A stretch of 63,744 nt of DNA, counting the filler, from Chrysochromulina tobinii (lineage: Eukaryota): assembly GCA_001275005.1 (NCBI GenBank). It is 7 parts of 7 records of this genome, joined end to end, with 100 filler letters (N's around TTAATTAATTAA, not from the genome) between each part and the next. Parts side by side here need not be neighbours in the genome. Positions count along the whole stretch, not along the records: positions 1 to 15,677 come from JWZX01000881.1; 6 more parts are not named here. One strand, given 5' to 3'. A program made the position numbers and the translations under genes. Under the pieces are notes generated by a model. That model saw only the letters and a list, made by a program, of their open reading frames with translations, was not told the DNA's origin and ran no database searches. Positions 1 through 11,091 of the stretch are shown here, piece by piece (position 1 is the first letter of the stretch; every line of letters starts with the position of its first letter).

Positions 1-462
1 GACAGCCGCGTGCGACATGAGCGACGCGACACTCGCTTCGAGAACGTTTTACCTTCGAGGACGTTTCTTCGAACATTCGAAGCTGTTCGTTCATGCATGC
101 ATTCTACTTCAGAAGCCAGCATCGTCCCCCACCATGCACGTTTTATGCAGTGGGGAAATCGTCTCTCGCGATGGGTCCGCTGGTTCCTGGCGTCTCGCCT
201 GGGTCCTCTGCTGCTCCTGGTCTCGGCGCCTGTCCTCTCCCAGACCTCTCCCCTCGTCTTCGTAATACCACCAGCCACGATGCCGTTCGGTTGGGCATCT
301 GGATATGAGGAGCCGACATATTTCGCTTTTCCCATCAAATTCGTTTTTTCGGATGAGGAACCGAAAACAAAGATACAAAGTCAACTTACCGCGTACGCGA
401 TTTGACAACGATCCGAGCCATGATCGCCGGGAACGCGTCAGTAAAGAGTAAGCGTCATCCCG

Positions 463-1404
463 TCATCCATACTCGGGTCTCATCTCAGCTTGGCTCGTAT
501 TGAATTTGGCCTCCTTAGCTTGCTTGTAATAGTTGTTCCACAGGTTCTCCGGCAGCCGGCACTCAACATGCCTCAAATTGCCACAGTTCAGTATGGCATG
601 GCGCGCATCGCAAGCGCATGGCCTGCTCGCATCCACGCCCGTTCTGAGCTCGACCGGGGGGCAGGCGCTCCGCACGTGCTGTGCCGCGCAGCCACCGTAG
701 CAAATGATGAGCTCTGCGTTCCCTCGTCCCGTGTGGTTAGAGTCGTGTCTGATGTACTTAAAGTGTCCGAGCTTATCTGACTCTGTGGCGACGACAACTG
801 AATCGTACCCCTTCGCGAGAGCGAAAGAGCACCACTCCTGATCCGACGAGGGCCGGCCCTGATGCAACCAACTTGCCACAATTTTGTCCATGGTGGCGCG
901 GGAGGGAAGTCGCAGGACGCGCCTCACATTGACGAACACGCCAGTGCCCGTGCCGACGAAGAACCAACAGCCGTTAATCTTGCGCTCGCTGGCGCCATTT
1001 CGTAGAGGCAAGAGGCCATCTCCAATGAAGAAGTTGGACGCTTTGACGCAATTCGAGGCGAACCTCGTGACTTCCACCCACGAGTCATCAGAGACGTTCC
1101 AAACTCTGCTCTGTGACGAGGCGCTCGTAGCGTGGGTATAACGTGGGTTGTAGAGAAGCAGTTGTAGAGAATCCTGCGAGGCTGAGAGGTGTGTCACGTT
1201 GTGCCCATCGGTGAGCGACAACGCCTGCGCACTACAGTGCCTGTCACCGAGGCCGCCATACGCGAAGCAAGGCTTGGGGAATGGCATTTCCAAACGAGGA
1301 TCAAGTAAGCGAGGGTGGTAGAGTAGCTGTGGCGATGATGATGCCACTACGTACGATGCGCCATAGACTGTCTCAATGTATGTGGCCCACGTGGATTTGT
1401 TCAT
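463..1404 (-). CDS. Hypothetical Cys-rich protein (313 aa)
   Basis: Uninterrupted ATG-TGA ORF with non-repetitive, protein-like blocks (WVEV, GCWFF, GTGVFVNV, GYDSV, CPP..LRTG..PCAC..LNC). No function assignable. Confidence 0.65.
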   Translation of the reverse strand: MNKSTWATYIETVYGASYVVASSSPQLLYHPRLLDPRLEMPFPKPCFAYGGLGDRHCSAQALSLTDGHNVTHLSASQDSLQLLLYNPRYTHATSASSQSRVWNVSDDSWVEVTRFASNCVKASNFFIGDGLLPLRNGASERKINGCWFFVGTGTGVFVNVRRVLRLPSRATMDKIVASWLHQGRPSSDQEWCSFALAKGYDSVVVATESDKLGHFKYIRHDSNHTGRGNAELIICYGGCAAQHVRSACPPVELRTGVDASRPCACDARHAILNCGNLRHVECRLPENLWNNYYKQAKEAKFNTSQAEMRPEYG

Positions 1405-1466
1405 CGTACTTCGTTACGACGTGCATGCCCAAGCAAGCGGCGTCTGGCCGATCGTCTGGCCCCCTG

Positions 1467-1505
1467 CTCGGGTTCGGGTTAGGGTTAGGGTTAGGGTTAG
1501 GGTTA
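1467..1505 (+). repeat. Interstitial telomeric repeat (TTAGGG)4 with degenerate flanking units
   Basis: CTCGGG TTCGGG (TTAGGG)4 TTA, lying between two divergent ORFs. Confidence 0.9.
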
Positions 1506-1751
1506 CGAGTGTCGCGAGTGTGGCCGTTCAGTTCTGCAGTTCAGTTCCGTATTGGAAACTCGACTAGCATGCAAGCAAAACATTATTCCGGGACCTTTCG
1601 CTGTGGGCTATTTGTGGTGTGGCCGCAGCGCACTCAGCCTTCCTATACAGCCTGGTTGGGTCCTCCCTGTTGTTCCTGAACCATCCTGAACCTGCTGTGC
1701 TGAAGTGCATTTTGCTAAGTCGTGTTGAAGGAAGAGGTGGCGGATCGCCAA

Positions 1752-2861
1752 ATGGAGGGCGTTCGATTGCTGAGCACGTGCATCCTAGGCATCGGTGTCC
1801 ATCTGCTAACGTGCGAGACGCGTCTCGCTGTTCGGAATGGAACGACCGCCCGCGATCTTCGCCTCCGCACACTCATGCCTTCCTCTTCCAGTTTCATCGT
1901 CGCCGAGCTGTGCGAGAGTAAGGTGTGGCCAAAACGAGACTTTGGCATGATGAAGGCAAGCGCAGTTGCTGACTATGCGCGGCATGCACCACCAGCTGAT
2001 CTACTGATATTCACCGACAGCGACGTCCTGTTCAATGGTGTAGCGACTCCAGGGGAGTTTGTGCGCCGCTTCGATGCTGCACGAGGCAGCTCTCGAATCG
2101 TGTTTATGGCAGAGCCCTGGTGCTTTGCACCAACGATGGAGACTGTGACTCGACACAAAGGATTACGACGGGTCGAGGCCACCAGCTGCACGGAGCGTAA
2201 GCTTTCGCAGTATGAGCAGCGCGGCCCTTCCCACGCTCAGCGGCCATGGCACTGTCCGCGTTTCCTGAACAGCGGTGCATATGCAGGTTTGGCATCCGAA
2301 GTTGCCAAGCTTGGAGAGCTCTGGGCAGACGCAACGCTCTGGCGCAGAGGTTGTAAGCCGAGGCCAAACTGGGGTTTTGATGACCAGTGTATTGCCATGG
2401 AGATCATGCTGCTCGGCAACGTCTCTATAGCTCTTGATACTCACGAGGTCCTCTTCGCCAGCGGCGGCACTGCTGTGGCACGCTCGTCCCATAGGTTCTC
2501 TCGGAGGCAGAAGTTGATGGCTAACAGCACACGCTGCGCTGCGTGTGGCCGGACGGCATGCGACTGCAGTCTGCTCAATGAGTGGCGCTTTCCAGATTCA
2601 CGGCGACCAAACGTCACATCGGATGGCCGCGTTGCGATAGTGCCGTTGCAGCGCACAGCTCATTACCTCAGCTCATGCGCAATCGCTGAGGTTAATCCAC
2701 TCGTCGTGCATTTCAACGGGGTGAGCAAGAGGCTGATGAAGACCACTGAGATGCAAGCATGGCTTGAGGCCTTCTCCACACCTGCAAACGAGTCTTGGAG
2801 GATGAACAAGGTTATTGAGGCTGGGCCGGACGCAACTCCGCGGCAAGATGCAGCATTCTAG
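1752..2861 (+). CDS. PLOD-type (procollagen galactosyltransferase-like) glycosyltransferase
   Basis: Motifs LIFTDSDVLF (DxD), IVFMAE..C.P, FLNSGAYAG, DDQ, ALDTHEVLF and VVHFNG, typical of the PLOD N-terminal GT domain. First ATG at 1752. Confidence 0.75.
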   Translation: MEGVRLLSTCILGIGVHLLTCETRLAVRNGTTARDLRLRTLMPSSSSFIVAELCESKVWPKRDFGMMKASAVADYARHAPPADLLIFTDSDVLFNGVATPGEFVRRFDAARGSSRIVFMAEPWCFAPTMETVTRHKGLRRVEATSCTERKLSQYEQRGPSHAQRPWHCPRFLNSGAYAGLASEVAKLGELWADATLWRRGCKPRPNWGFDDQCIAMEIMLLGNVSIALDTHEVLFASGGTAVARSSHRFSRRQKLMANSTRCAACGRTACDCSLLNEWRFPDSRRPNVTSDGRVAIVPLQRTAHYLSSCAIAEVNPLVVHFNGVSKRLMKTTEMQAWLEAFSTPANESWRMNKVIEAGPDATPRQDAAF

Positions 2862-3154
2862 GCTAAACAAAGGCCAACTGGACTTCGTCTATGGCGAGTT
2901 ATTGGCCAGGTGGCCTGGGGGTAGAGGAGCAAGACGTGGCGCGCGCATGCCCAGCGCGTAATATCACTGATGCGCAGCGAGGGCCAGGGCGCTCCATGTG
3001 ACTGTTGGATGGGGCATGGGTGTGGAGGTGACTCATTAGGGTACTCGCGGAGTAAAACTCCTCGTATTCTCTATGGCGCAGGCAAGAGGCATGTGCGAAC
3101 CGCCGCGATCGGATACGGATTGCGTAATCTTCGCGGTAACTTTACGTATCGAGT

Positions 3155-4480
3155 CTAGCTCTCTAAGATTGCCGGGATCACTTCTACAGTCGATGCTGAG
3201 GCTCTACGTTCCGCACTTCCGTGGTTAGGAATCCCGCGTGCCGCCGCCCGCAGCAACTCCTCGTCCTTGCGCACACATCCGTGGCAGAGCAGTGGCCACG
3301 CGTACAGCGGCAGGCTCGGCAGCAGCAGCAGCAGAAAACTGGAAGGGCACAGGTTGCATCCAAACAGGTAGCCAGTGGAGAGCAGTGGCCACGCGATGAA
3401 GCCAAGTACCCCTTGCACCATCAGGGTGACGGTGAGGAGGCCAGGGTACGCCTGCGCCGGGAAGGTGAGCGTCAAGTAGGCAAACTCGATCGTGTACGCG
3501 AGCGCACCCAGCACGCACACCGCTACGGGCACAGCCCACGTGGCGCCAGCCCCGCCAGCCCACATGAGAGCTACCACGAGCTGCATGGACGCCACGAGTA
3601 GCAGCGCGGGGATGCAGAACCCGGTACGATCGATCAGGCTGCCGATAAGCGGGGTGAGCAGGAAGGTAGCGTTGATGACAACCGGCACGAACCATTGCAA
3701 GTACGTGACGTTGCCACTCAACTCGCCGGAGCCCGCGGCGCCCGCGCCCCACTGCCCCACGAGAGCCGCCCACCCAAACGTGAGGCAATAGCCCCAAAAC
3801 CGCCACTTGCGGAGCTCTGGGGTCGCGATTCGCAGCGCGCTCAGTGTCGCCCGAAGCGGATTGCTAGTACCGACGCCTGGGCAGAGCCTCGGTTGTCGGA
3901 GCCCGGGCGCGTCGCCGACCACATACGGCGTATCAGGATAAATGGCGCCGACGCCTACGCAGCAGCAGCTTGTGTACACGGCGTAGGCAATGAAGAAAGT
4001 ATCGAGCGGAATGCGCGGGATGTTCAATACGAGATACGCGTAGCCAGCGACGTTGAACGCCGCCGCTAAGATGGAGATACACAGTCCCCTTTTGGCAGGA
4101 AACAGATTCGCAAAATGGTAGGCCGTGATGTAGGGGCCGTTGCCGCCACCACCAATCAAGCCATAGCCAACGGCGTAGGCGTACGGGTTGCGCACCTCTT
4201 GGACCACCGCGAGAGCGATCACCGTGTTTCCGAAGGCAGCAATCATGAGCCCAAGGACAGCACAACCGCGCGGACCGAGGCTGTCGTGCAACGCGCTCCA
4301 CACTAGTGACATCCACGTGAGCATCTGGAAGCCGAAGTCGAAGACTATGTTGAGGCCCTCGGCATCCAGGAGGCCGCTCGAGCCGATGCGATTCGCAAAG
4401 GCACCGAGCCCAAGGATCACCCCGCCAGAAGTGGTACACGCCACAACGCAGACGAAGGCAAAGGTCCAGATGCGGCTCAT
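3155..4480 (-). CDS. MFS transporter (SLC43/Fmp42-like amino-acid transporter family)
   Basis: About 12 hydrophobic segments; loop motifs LHDSLGPR and GSLIDRTG; HFANLFP. Start placed at MSRIWTF (ATG at 4480). Confidence 0.8.
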   Translation of the reverse strand: MSRIWTFAFVCVVACTTSGGVILGLGAFANRIGSSGLLDAEGLNIVFDFGFQMLTWMSLVWSALHDSLGPRGCAVLGLMIAAFGNTVIALAVVQEVRNPYAYAVGYGLIGGGGNGPYITAYHFANLFPAKRGLCISILAAAFNVAGYAYLVLNIPRIPLDTFFIAYAVYTSCCCVGVGAIYPDTPYVVGDAPGLRQPRLCPGVGTSNPLRATLSALRIATPELRKWRFWGYCLTFGWAALVGQWGAGAAGSGELSGNVTYLQWFVPVVINATFLLTPLIGSLIDRTGFCIPALLLVASMQLVVALMWAGGAGATWAVPVAVCVLGALAYTIEFAYLTLTFPAQAYPGLLTVTLMVQGVLGFIAWPLLSTGYLFGCNLCPSSFLLLLLPSLPLYAWPLLCHGCVRKDEELLRAAARGIPNHGSAERRASASTVEVIPAILES

Positions 4481-4722
4481 CGCCGTCCTCGCGCCACTGC
4501 CGATGGGGCCCACGCAAGAATCACGCAAGGGGCTCGCAGTGGCCCACGACTGCGGCACGAGAGTGAGAGTCGTCGGCCTTGTTCTCCCATGGTGCGAAGA
4601 CGCGACCTGGGAAAAGGCGCAGAGAGTTTCGGAACAATCCGAAACGGCGGCGTCCGGAGTGTCGAAGACATAAAAAGGATGACTCCCCTGGCAGTTCGTG
4701 ATGAAACCGCTTTGTTCTTTTG

Positions 4723-5583
4723 ATGCGTCGACACATCGCTCGGGCCTCACGCTGCTCTGCGACAACGTTGGCCCTGCTCTGCAGCGTGCGCGCTCGTCCG
4801 TTATCGATGCTTGCTGTCAACCAGGAGCGTTTGCAGCGCGCGCTTGACTCCGTTTCGATTGGTGAGCCGCCGCGTATAGAGCTCACACTTGGCGAGGCCA
4901 CGTTGCCCTCTAATGGCCTCGCGGTGCTTGACTCATCTTTCAATCCGCCGACGCGCGCGCACCTGCACATGATCGATGCCGCGACGAAGACGTTTGGCAT
5001 GGGGCGCTCGCTGCTCCTCCTCGCCAAGCAAAACGCCGACAAGCCAATCGTTGGCGCTTCGCTTGTGCAGCGCCTCGAAATGATGGAGGCCATCGCCGCC
5101 ACAGCCGAACCTCCGGGCTCGATGCTCTGCGGCGTGACTGCGCACCCGCTCTTTGTCGACAAGGCGACGGCATTGCAGCAGCTCTTTGGCGACCGCGAGG
5201 GCGGCGTGCGCATCGTGGTGCTCGTCGGCTTCGACACATGGGTACGCATCGTCGATCCCAAGTACTACGCGCCCGGCGGGCTGGACGCGGCGCTACGCGA
5301 CATTTTTCGCGCGGTCGAGGTGCTGGTCGCTAGCCGCGATCCGGCCAGTGCGAGCAACCTTGAGCCGTTGCGCACGGAGGAGCAGGAGGCACTCGTGCTC
5401 TCTCTCTCCGACGAGGTGACAGGCGGCCGACTGCACTTCCTACGCAATGATCCGCAGGTGGCGGACCTCTCGTCTAGCGCGGTGCGCAAGGCAGTTGCGG
5501 CCGGCGACGGCAGCAGCGCGCGCGCGATGCTGCCTGACTGCCTGATCTCCTTTGTGGAGGAGCGCGGGCTGTACACAAGCTAG
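4723..5583 (+). CDS. Nicotinamide mononucleotide adenylyltransferase (Pof1-like cytidylyltransferase family)
   Basis: VLDSSFNPPTRAH (HxGH-like), KQNADK, LVGFDTWVRIVDPKYY, SSSAVR. Confidence 0.85.
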   Translation: MRRHIARASRCSATTLALLCSVRARPLSMLAVNQERLQRALDSVSIGEPPRIELTLGEATLPSNGLAVLDSSFNPPTRAHLHMIDAATKTFGMGRSLLLLAKQNADKPIVGASLVQRLEMMEAIAATAEPPGSMLCGVTAHPLFVDKATALQQLFGDREGGVRIVVLVGFDTWVRIVDPKYYAPGGLDAALRDIFRAVEVLVASRDPASASNLEPLRTEEQEALVLSLSDEVTGGRLHFLRNDPQVADLSSSAVRKAVAAGDGSSARAMLPDCLISFVEERGLYTS

Positions 5584-5893
5584 TGCTCATGTGCTCTAGA
5601 AAAGACCTCGCGTTCACAGCCAGACAGCGTTGTTTTTGCTTTTGACCTTGACTGTCTGTGTCTCGCTGCGTGCGAAGGTTCCGCCAACGAAGGTCTTGTC
5701 ACACGTTTCTGTGGAATTCACGCAGATTTAATTCTGAGAATACAGGTACTCCAGTACAGCCACAGCGCGGGTACCCGCGGGAGTTGCGGTATATTCATTT
5801 TACGGTGCCGTACGCACAGTACTCACAGGCCTTTCCGTTTCCCCAGAGCGGGGGGAGCTGCCCGGTCTAATCTAGATCCCAGGGGCAGGGTTT

Positions 5894-8800
5894 ATGGTCA
5901 TCACAGTCACACCGCACCGTGCGCGTGAGGAACGCGCAGCAGCTCGCGCAGCCATCGCGACGATGTCTTCGGCCTCGTCCGCCTCGAACCCGCCCGAGGA
6001 AGTTGCGCCTTCGGATCAGGCGCCGGCGACCGCCGTGACTCAGGGGCCGGAGTACACGCGGGGCGCACGCGGGAATCTCCAAGAGTTGCCTCTGCCAACT
6101 CGCGCCGCCGAGGAATTGGCCTCAAGTGTGCTGGAGATGCTTCGCACTCGCGGTCTCTCACAGACAGCGCTCTGTTGCCAGCTGTCGCTGTCACCCGTCT
6201 ACTTTTCGATCTGGCTCAAGGGCAGGCCGATGCCCGAACTGACGAAGCAGCTGTACTCCGCTGCCATCGAGCTGTGGCTCGACGATGAACAGTTTCACAT
6301 TCTGGACCCCTCGATCACGCGGACCAACCCATCGCAAGTGCCGCGATCCAAGGGTGGCAAATCGCTGGCCGAGGTCAAGGAGCGCGCACCGACCGAGCCC
6401 GGCGGTCGCGCGAAAGCCGCGGCGCCCAAGGGCAGTAAGCAGGAGCGCGACCAGCTCTCCGTGCCGACGACCCCTTACGGGCTGCTCGCGGAGCTGCTGA
6501 GCGCCTCGCCGAGCGGCATGGCGCCATCGTGCAGCGGGACGACCGAGCTCGCCTTTCAGTTGCACTCGGGCACGCGACCGCTCCCATCCGCCTTCCGCGA
6601 CGGCGGAGTCTCCACGTGCACGGGGATCGCCGTGGGTGCAGGCGGCGTGGGTGCGGGCATGGGTGCGGGCATGGGTGCGGCGCTGGTGAGCGAGGCAGAG
6701 GCATCGCTGCTCATCGTGCACGCGAAGCTCGTGCTCGAGGAGACGGCGGCCGGCACGGCGCCCACCAGCGCCACCGCCGTGGCGGAGACGACGGCGGCAG
6801 AGGGGCTCTCGGCAGGCGAGGCAATCGAAAGTAGTGGCAGCGGCGGTGGGAGTGGCGGCGGTGGTGCTGGCAGCGGCTGCTCTCCACAAGTGCTCTGGAT
6901 CGAGTTTCGTATCGAGGGCGACGCCGCCCCGCTCGCCGTGCTGCTCGCCAACGGCGCGATGCGTGCCCCTGACGACGTGCCCTCTGCTTCCACAGAGGAC
7001 AGCCGAGCCGCTGTCCTCGCCCTGACGGAACGCCCACAGCGCTACCGACGCACTCCAAGCCACCATCGGGAGAACGCCATGTCGAGTGAGCGCTCACTGC
7101 TCGCGCGGGCTCTCGCCGACTCGCGACGCACCGCGGCCGAGGTGGCGGCAGCGGCGGCCGCAGCGGCGGCCGCAGCGGAGGTGCCTGAGACCACCACGAC
7201 AGCGCGTCTCCAGTCGCCTGCGTCCTCAACGGCCGCCGCCGCTCCTTATTTGGAACGGGCGGCGCTCGGGCATCCAACGGCCGCCGCCGCCGCCGCCGCC
7301 GCCGCCGTCACCGCCACCGCAGCCACTGCCGCCGCCCGTCCAGTCGCCGCTTCCGCCGCGACTGATCTGAAGAGCATCCGCCGACAGCTACTCAGCACAC
7401 TGCAGGCGATGGCCGCCGCGCCTCTTCAGATTCGTCAAAGGCGGCGCCAGGCACTCGACCTCGCGTCCGCGTGGGGCGAGGGTCGTGGCATGTGGGTGGG
7501 CTTCTGCTCGTGCTGCGGACGCCATTTCGAGCGGCTCGACGGCACCGAACAGCTGGCAGCCCATGCGGGCGTTCACCTCGTCCATTCACACCTGCAACGC
7601 GTCCGGCGTGAAGAGCTGCCAGCCGCGCTGAATCGGCTGCGCGCCGCGGCGACCGTTGGAGCGTCCGCGGAGGCGCTCCGCCTCGAACTCGAGGGCGCGC
7701 GTCGTCTCGGGCGTCTCGTGCCTGATGGCGCGCTCCAGCGGGCGATGGTCATGGGCGAGGCACGCCTTCGAGTGCTCGATCGTCCTCGCGCAGCTCTCTT
7801 GCCGCCCACTGTCTTGCCGCCCACTGTCTTGCCGCCCATGTTCCCGGCAGCAGGCCCTGCCCCGCCCCCACCCCCTGCCCCGCCCCCACACCAGGGATGG
7901 GGCGGATGGCCTCCCATGGCGCGGCTGGCCTCGACGGTCTTCCCGCCAACGGGCTTCCCGCCAACGGGCTTCCCGCCAACGGTCTTCCCGCCAACGGTCT
8001 TCCCGCCAACGGGCTTCCCGCCAACGGGCTTCCCGCCCACACCCTCGGCATCGGGGAGTGGGTTAGGTGCGATGGCCGACGCACACGAGGCCAGCCGCGC
8101 GGGTGCCCTCGCCGCCGCACCTCTGGCGCCGGTGGCTATGGCCGCCGAATTTGCGGCGGCGGCGGCCGAAATTGCAGCCAAGAGACGGCGACCCGACGAG
8201 CCCGTAACCACCGCTGACGACGCTGCCGGCGGCGCCAAGCGACTACGCCACGATGAGCACACCGCCACCGGCGCCGGTGCAGATGCGACAATGGGTGTGC
8301 ACGGTGTGGACGGTGTGAAAGGTGCGGATGCGACAATGGCGGCGGCGGCGGCCTCTGGCACGGAGGACGTTCGGGGCGTCGCGGCGAAGGACGTGGGATG
8401 GAGGACGCTGCTGCCCGCAGCGATCGCACCTTTCACACCGTCCACACCGTTCACACCCGCAGGCCTCGTCTGCGACCCGATGGCGATGCCGGGCATGGTT
8501 CCTTTCGGCATGGGCAGCGGCAGCCCCACGGGCCTTTACCCTCCCGCCCACAGCGCAGCCTACGCGAGCGCTCTCATGAGCCGCACCGGCCACCTGCCCG
8601 AGCCGCCGCAAGCGTTTAGCTCCGCTGACCACCTACCCCAGCCGCCACCTGCGTGCGCCACGCGCGATGCCAGCACAGGCCGTTGCGCAAGTGCAAGTAC
8701 GGGCGCTGGCGGCGGCAGCAACGGCGCGGCGATGAGCACCGCTCCGCCTGTGTCAACGTACAGCGCCTCCGGCGGAACAGTCATCTACAATGTTCTCGAC

Positions 8801-8968
8801 ACGAGCCTTTACGGCAACTGGCAACCCGCCGGGGGGCGCGGGCGCCAGCCAACACCCTCTGCACCGTTGGGCAGACCAAAATCCACGTCGCCGTCCCCTT
8901 CTGCGTCGCCATCCGCCGCCGCAGCCGAGCGCGCAGCTCCGCGCTCGTCTGCGCTCACAGCTCCGTGA
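5894..8968 (+). CDS. Low-complexity protein with a putative lambda-repressor-like HTH and a C2H2-like finger
   Basis: 1024-aa ORF. LRTRGLSQTALCCQLSLSPVYFSIWLKG resembles an XRE HTH; CSCC..F....QLAAH..VH resembles C2H2. Also Ala/Pro tracts and PPT(G/V)F repeats. Confidence 0.55.
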   Translation: MVITVTPHRAREERAAARAAIATMSSASSASNPPEEVAPSDQAPATAVTQGPEYTRGARGNLQELPLPTRAAEELASSVLEMLRTRGLSQTALCCQLSLSPVYFSIWLKGRPMPELTKQLYSAAIELWLDDEQFHILDPSITRTNPSQVPRSKGGKSLAEVKERAPTEPGGRAKAAAPKGSKQERDQLSVPTTPYGLLAELLSASPSGMAPSCSGTTELAFQLHSGTRPLPSAFRDGGVSTCTGIAVGAGGVGAGMGAGMGAALVSEAEASLLIVHAKLVLEETAAGTAPTSATAVAETTAAEGLSAGEAIESSGSGGGSGGGGAGSGCSPQVLWIEFRIEGDAAPLAVLLANGAMRAPDDVPSASTEDSRAAVLALTERPQRYRRTPSHHRENAMSSERSLLARALADSRRTAAEVAAAAAAAAAAAEVPETTTTARLQSPASSTAAAAPYLERAALGHPTAAAAAAAAAVTATAATAAARPVAASAATDLKSIRRQLLSTLQAMAAAPLQIRQRRRQALDLASAWGEGRGMWVGFCSCCGRHFERLDGTEQLAAHAGVHLVHSHLQRVRREELPAALNRLRAAATVGASAEALRLELEGARRLGRLVPDGALQRAMVMGEARLRVLDRPRAALLPPTVLPPTVLPPMFPAAGPAPPPPPAPPPHQGWGGWPPMARLASTVFPPTGFPPTGFPPTVFPPTVFPPTGFPPTGFPPTPSASGSGLGAMADAHEASRAGALAAAPLAPVAMAAEFAAAAAEIAAKRRRPDEPVTTADDAAGGAKRLRHDEHTATGAGADATMGVHGVDGVKGADATMAAAAASGTEDVRGVAAKDVGWRTLLPAAIAPFTPSTPFTPAGLVCDPMAMPGMVPFGMGSGSPTGLYPPAHSAAYASALMSRTGHLPEPPQAFSSADHLPQPPPACATRDASTGRCASASTGAGGGSNGAAMSTAPPVSTYSASGGTVIYNVLDTSLYGNWQPAGGRGRQPTPSAPLGRPKSTSPSPSASPSAAAAERAAPRSSALTAP
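7935..8040 (+). repeat. 15-bp coding minisatellite encoding PPT(G/V)F
   Basis: TTCCCGCCAACGG(G/T)C repeated about 7 times. Confidence 0.9.
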
Positions 8969-8977
8969 GGCGCTCCA

Positions 8978-9073
8978 AACGGGCTCCAGACCACCCCTTT
9001 TGGATTGCATGCAGAACGGGCTCCAGACCACCCCTTTTGGATTGCATGCAGAACGGGCTCCAGACCACCCCTT
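8978..9073 (+). repeat. 37-bp tandem repeat, about 2.6 copies, just after the stop codon
   Basis: AACGGGCTCCAGACCACCCCTTTTGGATTGCATGCAG starting at 8978, 9015 and 9052. Confidence 0.9.
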
Positions 9074-9746
9074 CACCGTCAGTCCCACTTGAAGTCATGG
9101 AACAAGACGCCTTGCACGTGGCCAAGATGGGCGGGTGGACACGTGGCCAAGGTGGGCCGGTGGTGGACTGTGCCGGGGCATCATCCGCCACGACCCACGT
9201 GCTTGACTCACCAGAGTCATAATACCAGCTTGGCCTTTTCCCCACAGCAGAGCGACCTCAGGCGCTACAGTATCAGTAACGGAGGGTCACGGTCAGCTAC
9301 TTTAGAGACACCACGTGCACCAGGCCACCAGCAGAGCGCGCAGGCCGGGGGGCCCCGCAGCAGTACTTGGTTTCTGGTGTGATAACGGAACTCATTTTGT
9401 TACGATATGTCATATGAGGCGGACCGATCAATTAAAGAGTTACTTCAACACCTTATCCTGCCACCCTCAACAGATATGATTCTGACGCGACCATGGAACG
9501 ATCATGCGAGGACGCGTCTTCCGAGTGCCGAGAGGATTGTCGGATACTGTGTTAGCGCACTCGTTCATTGAATGGGTCAGTTGAATAAACACGCAAGGAA
9601 CCGACCAGTTTCTACACGCAAAACACTGCTCGTTCATAGCGCTCTTTCACACCGGAAAAAATCTCCGAAGCAAAGCGCGAGTCCCGAAAGCCCCTCGAGC
9701 ACGAGTAGGCGGCTGCGCGAATCGCTGCGCGGATATTTTTGCCGCC

Positions 9747-11091
9747 ATGGCAGCCATAATGGCTCTGGCTCGGTCACGTCCGCTAGCCTTCGGCATGGGC
9801 TACTCGCTGCTGAAGACGGCTGGCTGCGATCTCATGGTACAAAAGATAGTCGAAAAGCGCGAGAACATCGACTGGAAGCGGAACTTGGCATTCGGCACAT
9901 TTGGGTTCTTCTACCTCGGCGGCATACAGTATGCAATTTACGTGCCCCTCTTCAGCCGACTCTTTCCGGGTGCTGCGTCGTTTGCGGCCAAGTCCGTCGC
10001 TGATAAACTAAAGGACCCGAAGGGCATCCGGGAACTCTTCTACCAGGTCTTCCTTGATCAGTGCGTGCATCACCCGTTCTTGTATTTCCCGGTCTTCTAC
10101 ATGATCAAGGACTTTGTGACGTCCGACACGCCGAACCCCGTGGCGGCGGTCGAGGAGTACAGCTCGAATATGAACGAGGACCTGATCGCGCTGTGGAAGA
10201 TCTGGGTCCCCTCGACCTTCCTCAACTTCGCGCTCATGCCGATGCACCTGCGAATCCCATGGGTCGCGACGACGTCGCTCATCTGGACCTGCATCCTCTC
10301 GTCGATGCGAGGTGTGCACCACGTCCCGTCCCGAGGCAGCGCTACGCGCTCGCTCGCGCGCGCGTGCTTGCTGACTGCGTGTGCGCTCGCTCAAGTGCCA
10401 TCTCGCAGGTAGCTCAGACGTCCCGGTGACCAACGTTTTCGCCGGAGTAGACGCGTCGACCTTTGCGCTGGTGACGCGCACGGTCGTCGGCCCACCGCCG
10501 CGGCTCGACCCGACGAGGGGTCACCTAGTCGTCTTCGTGCGCGGCGCCGACCGTCCCGGCATCGTCGCCTCGCTCGCCAAGCGGTGCTATGAGCAAGAGG
10601 GCTCGATCACGACGTCGAAGATGATGTCACTCGGGAACGAGTTCGTGATCATTCTGCACGTGAGCTGCCCGCTCGAGAAGCTGAGCAGTCTTCAAAAGGC
10701 CCTGTGCCCTGCCAAGACGGCGCTCGCCGGCCAGTGGTACACGGGGGAGGACGGCATGAGCATCTCAATGTCAGTTCTCGACGCGTCGGTCGCGCCGCCT
10801 CCGTCACCCGCGTTCACGGGCAAGGTGTCCCTCACGGGCATTGACAAGCCCGGCCTGATTTACCACCTGTCGCAGACGCTCGCGGACCACCACCTTTCCA
10901 TCGAGCACCTGCAGACGGAACAGCACCTGTCCGAAGGCCTTGGGCCCGCCTTCTTCTCGACGATGTGCTATGTAGTGGGCTCGTCCCAGCCAGACTTGCC
11001 TGCACTCAAGCGTTCGCTCAAGGATCTCGAGGCCAAGCTCGGCGTCATGTGCTCCGTCGAGGCTTTGGAAGTCAAGAGGCGAGGACGGTGA
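9747..11091 (+). CDS. Mpv17/PMP22 family membrane protein fused to two GcvR-like ACT domains (exons 9747-10311, 10409-11091)
   Basis: Exon 1 has Mpv17 motifs (CDLMVQ..E, IDWKRN, DQ.VH.P..YFP, WKIWVP...NF...P.HLR). The GT-AG intron 10312-10408 joins in frame (G|GT) to exon 2, which carries GADRPGIV and GIDKPGLI ACT motifs. Confidence 0.8.

Noticed and set aside
10..405. Short ORF with a hydrophobic stretch
   Set aside because: No recognisable motif; cannot be supported as a gene.
9112..9320. Cluster of CACGTG (G-box-like) motifs
   Set aside because: A short motif in GC-rich DNA, downstream of a gene, with no evidence of function.
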